A stretch of 64,000 bases of DNA from the human T2T-CHM13v2.0 reference genome, Homo sapiens. The stretch lies in assembly GCF_009914755.1 (NCBI RefSeq), contig NC_060926.1; one strand, 5' to 3'. Below are positions 58,185 to 64,000 of the stretch, piece by piece. The translations under genes were made by a program, and so were the position numbers. The notes beneath the pieces were generated by a model that worked only from the letters and a program-made list of their open reading frames with translations, did not search any database and was not told where the DNA came from. The stretch's first letter is position 1. Every line of letters starts with the position of its first letter.

Positions 58185-59670
58185 TGAGAGGTGACAGCGT
58201 GCTGGCAGCCCTGGCAGCCCTCGCTCATTCTTGGTGCCTCCTTGGCCTTGGTGCCCACTCTGGCCACGCTTGAGGAGCCCTTCAGCCTGCCGCTGCACTG
58301 TGAGAGCCCCTTCCTGGGATGGCCGAGGCCGGAGCTGGCTCCCTCAGCCTGCAGGGAGGTGTGGAGGGAGAGGCATGGGCGGGAACCCGGGCTGCACGGC
58401 GCTTGTGGGCCAGCTAGAATTCTGGGTGGGCGTGGGCTTGGCGGGCCCCGCTGGCCCCGGGCAGTGAGGGGCTTAGCACCTGGGCCAGCAGCTGCTGTGC
58501 TCAATTTCTCTCCGGGCCTTAGCTTCCTCCCTGCAGGGCAGGGCTCGGGACATGCAGCCCGCCATGCCTGAGCCTCGCCACTCCCCCACCATGGGCTCCT
58601 GCGTGGCCTGAGCCTCCCCATCGAGCACTGCCCCTTGCTCCATGGCACCCAGTCCCATTGACCGCCCAAGGGCTGAGGAGTGTGGGCACATGGCGCGGGA
58701 CTGGCAGGCAGCTCCACCTGCGGCCCCAGTGCAGGATCCACTGGGTGAAGCCAGCTGGGCTCCTGAGTCTGGTGGGGACTTGGAGAATCTTTATGTCTAG
58801 CTAAGGGATTATAAATACACCAATCAGCACTCTATATCTAGCTCAAGGTTTGTAAACACACCAATCAGCACCCTGTGTCTAGCTCAGGGTTTGTGAATGC
58901 GCCAATCAGCACTCTGTATCTAGTTAATCTGGTGGGGACTTGGAGAACCTTTATGTCTAGTTAAGGGATTGTGAAGGCACCAATCAGCACTCTGTATCTA
59001 GCTCAAGGTTTGTAAATGCACCAATCAGCACTCTGTGTCTAGCTCAGGGTTTGTAAATACACGAATTGACACTCTGTATCTGGCTAATCTAGTGGGGACC
59101 GTGGAGAACTTTTGTGTCTAGCTCAGGGATTGTAAATGCACCAATCAGCACCCTGTCAAAACAGACCAATCAGCTCTCTGTAAAATGGACCAATCAGCAG
59201 GATGTGGGTGGGGCCAGATAAGAGAATAAAAGCAGGCTGCCCAACCCAGCAGTGGCAACCTGCTGGGGTCCCCTTCCACACTGTGGAAGCTTTGTTCTTT
59301 CGCTCTTTGCAATAAATCTTGCTACTGCTCACTCTTTGGGTCCACACTGCCTTTATGAGCTGTAACACTCACCGTGAAGGTCTGCAGCTTCACTCCTGAA
59401 GCCAGCAAGACGACGAAGCCACTGGGAGGAAGGAACAACTCCAGACATGCTGCCTTAAGAGCTGTAACACTCACCGCAAAGGTCTGCAGCTTCACTCCTG
59501 AGTCAGCGAGACCATGAACCCACCAGAAGGAAGAAACTCCGAACACATCCGAACATCAGAAGGAACAAACTCCGGACACGCCGCCTTTAAGAACTGTAAC
59601 ACTCACCGCGAGGGTCCGCGGCTTCATTCCTGAAGTCAGTGAGACCAAGAACCCACCAATTCCAGACACA
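58185..59670 (+). mobile_element. ERV9 solo LTR (LTR12C/D)
   Basis: TGAGAGGTGACAGCGTGCTGGCAG start and CCAATTCCAGACACA end; perfect 4-bp TSD CCAG; tandem CCAATCAGCAC units; GATA at 59216, AATAAA TATA-like box at 59225, poly(A) signal at 59311. Confidence 0.96.
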
Positions 59671-59679
59671 CCAGAGTGG

Positions 59680-59979
59680 TGGCTGGGCACATTGGCTCAT
59701 GCCTATAATCCCAGCACTTTGGGAGGCCAAGGTGGGAGGGTCACATGAGACCAGGAGTTCAAGACCAGCTTGAGCAAAACATAGCAAGAGCCCATCTCTA
59801 AAAAAAAAAAATTTTTTTTAATTAGCCAGGCATGATGGTGTGTGCCTGTAGTACCAGTTACTCTGGAGGCTGAGGCGGGAGAATCACTTGAGCCCAGGCT
59901 CAAGGCTGCAGTGCGTTGATGGTGCCACTGCACTCCAGCCTGGATGACAGAGTGAGACTCTGTCTCTTAAAAAAAAAAA
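59680..59979 (+). mobile_element. Alu (AluJ-like)
   Basis: Full Alu. Confidence 0.93.
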
Positions 59980-60596
59980 TTCCAGATTGGAAATAGGTGC
60001 CCAGGGACACTGAGCTGAGGCTCTAGGGATCCCACTAAGGTCAGCAATTTTTATTTTATTTTTATTTATTGAGAAAACCCAATTTTCCAGGCCTCATATC
60101 CTTGACTTTTCAGCAGTATTCTCTATTTTAAAAACATACTTCTCTCCCTGACACAAACCTTTTACTTCTCCAATCAGTTTTTCCTCTGTCTGCACTGTAG
60201 GATTTTTTCTTATCTGCCCAGCTATTAAATATCATTAAGAGTTCCCCAGGCCCTTCCCTTCCCCCTTGTTCTCTCTCCTAGCAGGCTCTGCTGCCACAGC
60301 TTGAGTGACTGCATCTGACTCTTAGCCACTCTGGCCCAGAGTTCTCATCTGAGTTTCTGATCCATGGGTCTACCTGCCCCTCCGGCATCTCTTGAGTGTG
60401 TGTCCTAAAGGCACTGCATGCTGCTTGTGTCCACATCTGCATTGATGATTTCCCTCTGCATTCTTCCAAAATTCCCATGCCCAGTGATCCCTATGCAGGG
60501 AATGAAGTGCATCCATTCCAGTGCAAAGGTCAGAGATCTTTCGTTACCTACACACATCATCCATCAGTTTCACTTCCTGAACATCTCCTTACCCAC

Positions 60597-61086
60597 TGTG
60601 TCTGGAATTGGTTCCTGCTGGTGGGTTCGTGGTCTGGCCGACTTCAAGAATGAAGCCGGGGACCTTCGCAGTGAGTGTTACAGCTCTTAAAGATGGCACA
60701 GACCCAAAGAGTGAGCGGTAGCAAGGTTTATTGTGAAGAGTGAAAGAACAAAGCTTCCACAGCATGGAAGGGGACCCAAGTGGGTTGCTGCTGCTGGCTG
60801 GGGTGGCCAGCTTTTATTCCCTTATTGTCCCCTCCTATGTTCCATTTCTGTCCTATCAGAGTGCCTTTTTTCAATCCTCCCCGTGATTGGCTACTTTTAG
60901 AATCCTTTCCCTTATTGGCCCCAAACTGGTGCTTTAGCTGCAAAGTGCTGATTGGTGTGTTTTACAGAGCGCTGATTGGTGCATTTTATGGAGTGCTGAT
61001 TGGTGCATTTTACAATCCTCTTGTGAGACAGGGAAGTTCCCTAAGTCCCCACTCAACCCCGGAAGTCCAGCTGGCCTCACCTCCCA
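60597..61086 (-). mobile_element. Short ERV9-family solo LTR (LTR12F-like) inserted in L2
   Basis: Reverse LTR12 R/U5 (tgtgtctggaattgg...gtgagtgttacagctcttaaag); repeated gctgattggtg; perfect 4-bp TSD CCAC. Confidence 0.9.
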
Positions 61087-61587
61087 CCACCTTCCTCCTT
61101 CTCCACCACCATGAGCCTCCTTCAGCTCTGGCTTGGAGAGTGACAGCCTCCTGACTGGGCTCCTGGCTCTGTCCTTATCTCCCAGCCTTCCCTTCTCCAT
61201 GCAGCTATCTGTCAGCTTTTGAAAACATGAAGCAGGTCCTGTCACTTTCCCACTTACAACCCTTTACCAGCCTCTTCTTCCTCTTAGAATAAAGGCCCAG
61301 ATGTTACCAAGGCCTAGGGGGCTCCTGCTGACCTCTCCTGCCTCAAGCTCCCTTCATTCTGCATTACAGCCACCTGGTCTTTCCTGGAATTCCCCAAGAT
61401 CCTACTAATCACAGAGCTGTGCAAAGAGCCTAGGAGAGGCACCTGCTGGTATGTTTCCATATTATCATTTTATATTCATTTGTGAAATTCTTTGATGAAT
61501 GCCTCTCTACAGTGCTTAGAATATAGAAACTTTCCTTTGCCCCATTTTAAGATTTGAGAATGCATGTGTCATGAAAGCTTCTCATCA

Positions 61588-62026
<439 letters not shown>

Positions 62027-62073
62027 GAAATAGCAACACCTGATAGCATGTCCCTTCAGAGACCCTGCCCCAG

Positions 62074-62191
62074 CCATGAGGTCAGTGGCCATACCTGGCG
62101 TATGGAATACAAGTTCCATGAGGTCAGTGGCCACGCCTGGCATATAGAATATAAGTTCTTTGAGGTCAGTGGGCACACCTGGCATATGGAA
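62074..62191 (+). repeat. 42-bp tandem repeat, ~2.8 copies
   Basis: Units start at 62074, 62116 and 62158 (ccatgaggtcagtggcca..cctggc.tat.gaata.aagtt). Confidence 0.9.
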
Positions 62192-64000
62192 GTGGCACAG
62201 TAAACATGTGTTGACCTCAGGCTCCTCTCAGGGAGGATGCCTCTGGGTTCAGGTCACTGAGTTTTGCAGGGGAGGTGCATATTGTCCTTGAGTGCCGGGT
62301 AAGGTTTGGGCACCTGGAGCACCAGGGGTCAGTGAGAGGGAGGCGAGAGGGCCTGGAACACAAGGCTCCAGGGAGGTGATGGCCACAGGGGAAGGGAAGA
62401 AATGCTGATTGAGGACTGGGCCTTGAATTGGGGAAAGAATTGTTTTATTTGCCACCCATATGAGAAAGGAGGAGGGGAGAGGCCTGCAGGAAAGGAGAGT
62501 CCACCTTGAGGATTTATTGCAAGGTGAGTGGCCCTATGTTCTCTGTAAATCACTACTACACACTTGGGACTGAGGCACATCGTTTTTAAGACATCTGCTG
62601 ACTTGGACAATTATAGGGAGCCTTGAGGTCTTTTAGCAGGTGGGGTCTAACTGGCAGAAGCAACTGAGAGGCTCAAGGAGAGGAGAAGGCTTCTCCTCTG
62701 CGCTGTGCCCAGCATGGCTGGGACAGGGTCCCTGAGCCCCCAGCGGACATGCTATCAGGTGTTGCTATTTCAGAAGCCCTTGGGCTGCCTGGGTTCCTAA
62801 GTGGGATCCACCTGGATACATGGGGTCTGGTACCTGGAGGATCCAGGCCTCTGATGAGAAGCTTTCATGACACATGCATTCTCAAATCTTAAAATGGGGC
62901 AAGGGAAAGTTTCAGATCAGACAAGCTGGGCTGCAGCATGAAACCAAAAGAGATAGAGAGAGGCCCCAGGCTTAATGCCTGGTGGAGGCTCAGTCATGTC
63001 TGTTGAAACCTAGGATATTCATCTATGTAGGCAGATAGGAAACACAGGTGACCACCTTCCCAAACAAGCTGGGCACATGACAGAAGCAGAAAGCACCTTA
63101 TCCTCTCCAGCAAACCATTCTTCGGACCCATTCTGCCCCGCAGAAAAACCCCAGGCAGCTCCCATCCTTTTCTGACCACTCTCATGTAATAAAATATCTA
63201 GCCCCATGTGATGTCAAACCTCAAGCTCTGTTCCATTGAAAATGTCTCTGCCAAGCCCATTCAGGCTGGGGAAGCTGCAAGGGCAGAGAACTGTCTCCTT
63301 CTCTTACTTCTCTGTTCACCTTTTCTCCCCAGGCTGCTCCAGGGGTGGAGGAGACAGGAAGAAAGCAGAGGGAGGCCAGGAAGGGCTAGCTTGACCTTTT
63401 GCAGCTGTATCTGGCATTAGTGCCCTTGGACATGGCAGATTGCAGAGTTAGTTCTGCCCTAGGAGTCTGTGGTTGCTCTGAAGCCTCTCGAATTGCTGAG
63501 GCTTCAGTCAACAGACGTAGCTGCCTCCTTGGCCTGGCCACATAAGATCTCTCAGGCTCCCATCAGCCCTCACCTCACCCCTTCTGAGTCTGCTTCTGCA
63601 GGTTCTGTATCTGGCCCCCACGCCCATCCCTGCTCCCCTAAACCCTGGAGGCACAGGCTCTTCTAAGACAGCCCCTCTTTACCCAGCCACTCCCTCTCAC
63701 ACAGGGGCTTTTTCAAGGGTGGGTCGGTCAATCCGTTCCTGTGTTCCTCAAATTTCAGGGGATGCCTGACACATTCTTTGATATCCCCTACAGCCCATTG
63801 ATCACTTCCCTTCAGAGAAATCCTCACCATGTGCCCCATGCCCCTTCAGTCTCCCAAAGAGTTGGAGGTGGGTGATAGACTGAGGATGGCATGATTGATT
63901 TCACAGACCCTTACTCAAGTAGCACAGTGGTCCTGCATCCCAACTTAGGAAACAGTGTGTTTGGCACCTTCTGAATTGCTCTAGGACTTTAGGGGCTCTG

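Noticed and set aside
57803-58741. 312-aa ORF on the - strand
   Set aside because: Mostly antisense to the GC-rich LTR12 U3; stop-poor by composition; no recognisable domain.
58790-59160. Regularly spaced repeats resembling a CRISPR-like array
   Set aside because: These are the standard CCAAT-containing tandem units of the LTR12 U3; eukaryotic DNA with no unique spacers and no cas genes.

Overview
Human (primate) genomic DNA with no intact protein-coding exon. Bases 1-~2585 are the distal part of a long mRNA 3' UTR on the + strand, ending at AATAAA (2562-2567). The rest is repeat-rich intergenic DNA: ~25 Alu/FLAM pieces, old L1M/L2/MIR fragments, MaLR LTRs (MLT1, THE1), ERV1 LTRs (MER50, MER72-like), two ERV9 LTR12 copies and a processed SNRPG pseudogene. 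From memory, a long 3' UTR about 42 kb before an SNRPG pseudogene fits the FOSL2-PLB1 interval on 2p23; this placement is recall, not a search result. No new biological system is demonstrable from the sequence alone. The best candidates for follow-up are: (1) a THE1 LTR with unusually many CpGs, an intact splice donor, a lost poly(A) signal and a strong acceptor just downstream, consistent with an LTR-derived first exon; (2) a convergent LTR12C/D and LTR12F pair that could yield dsRNA; (3) a ~200-bp non-TE inverted duplication split by an Alu; (4) several enhancer-like motif clusters and a reverse-oriented CTCF site. All coordinates and counts were read by eye, and repeat subfamily names are approximate.
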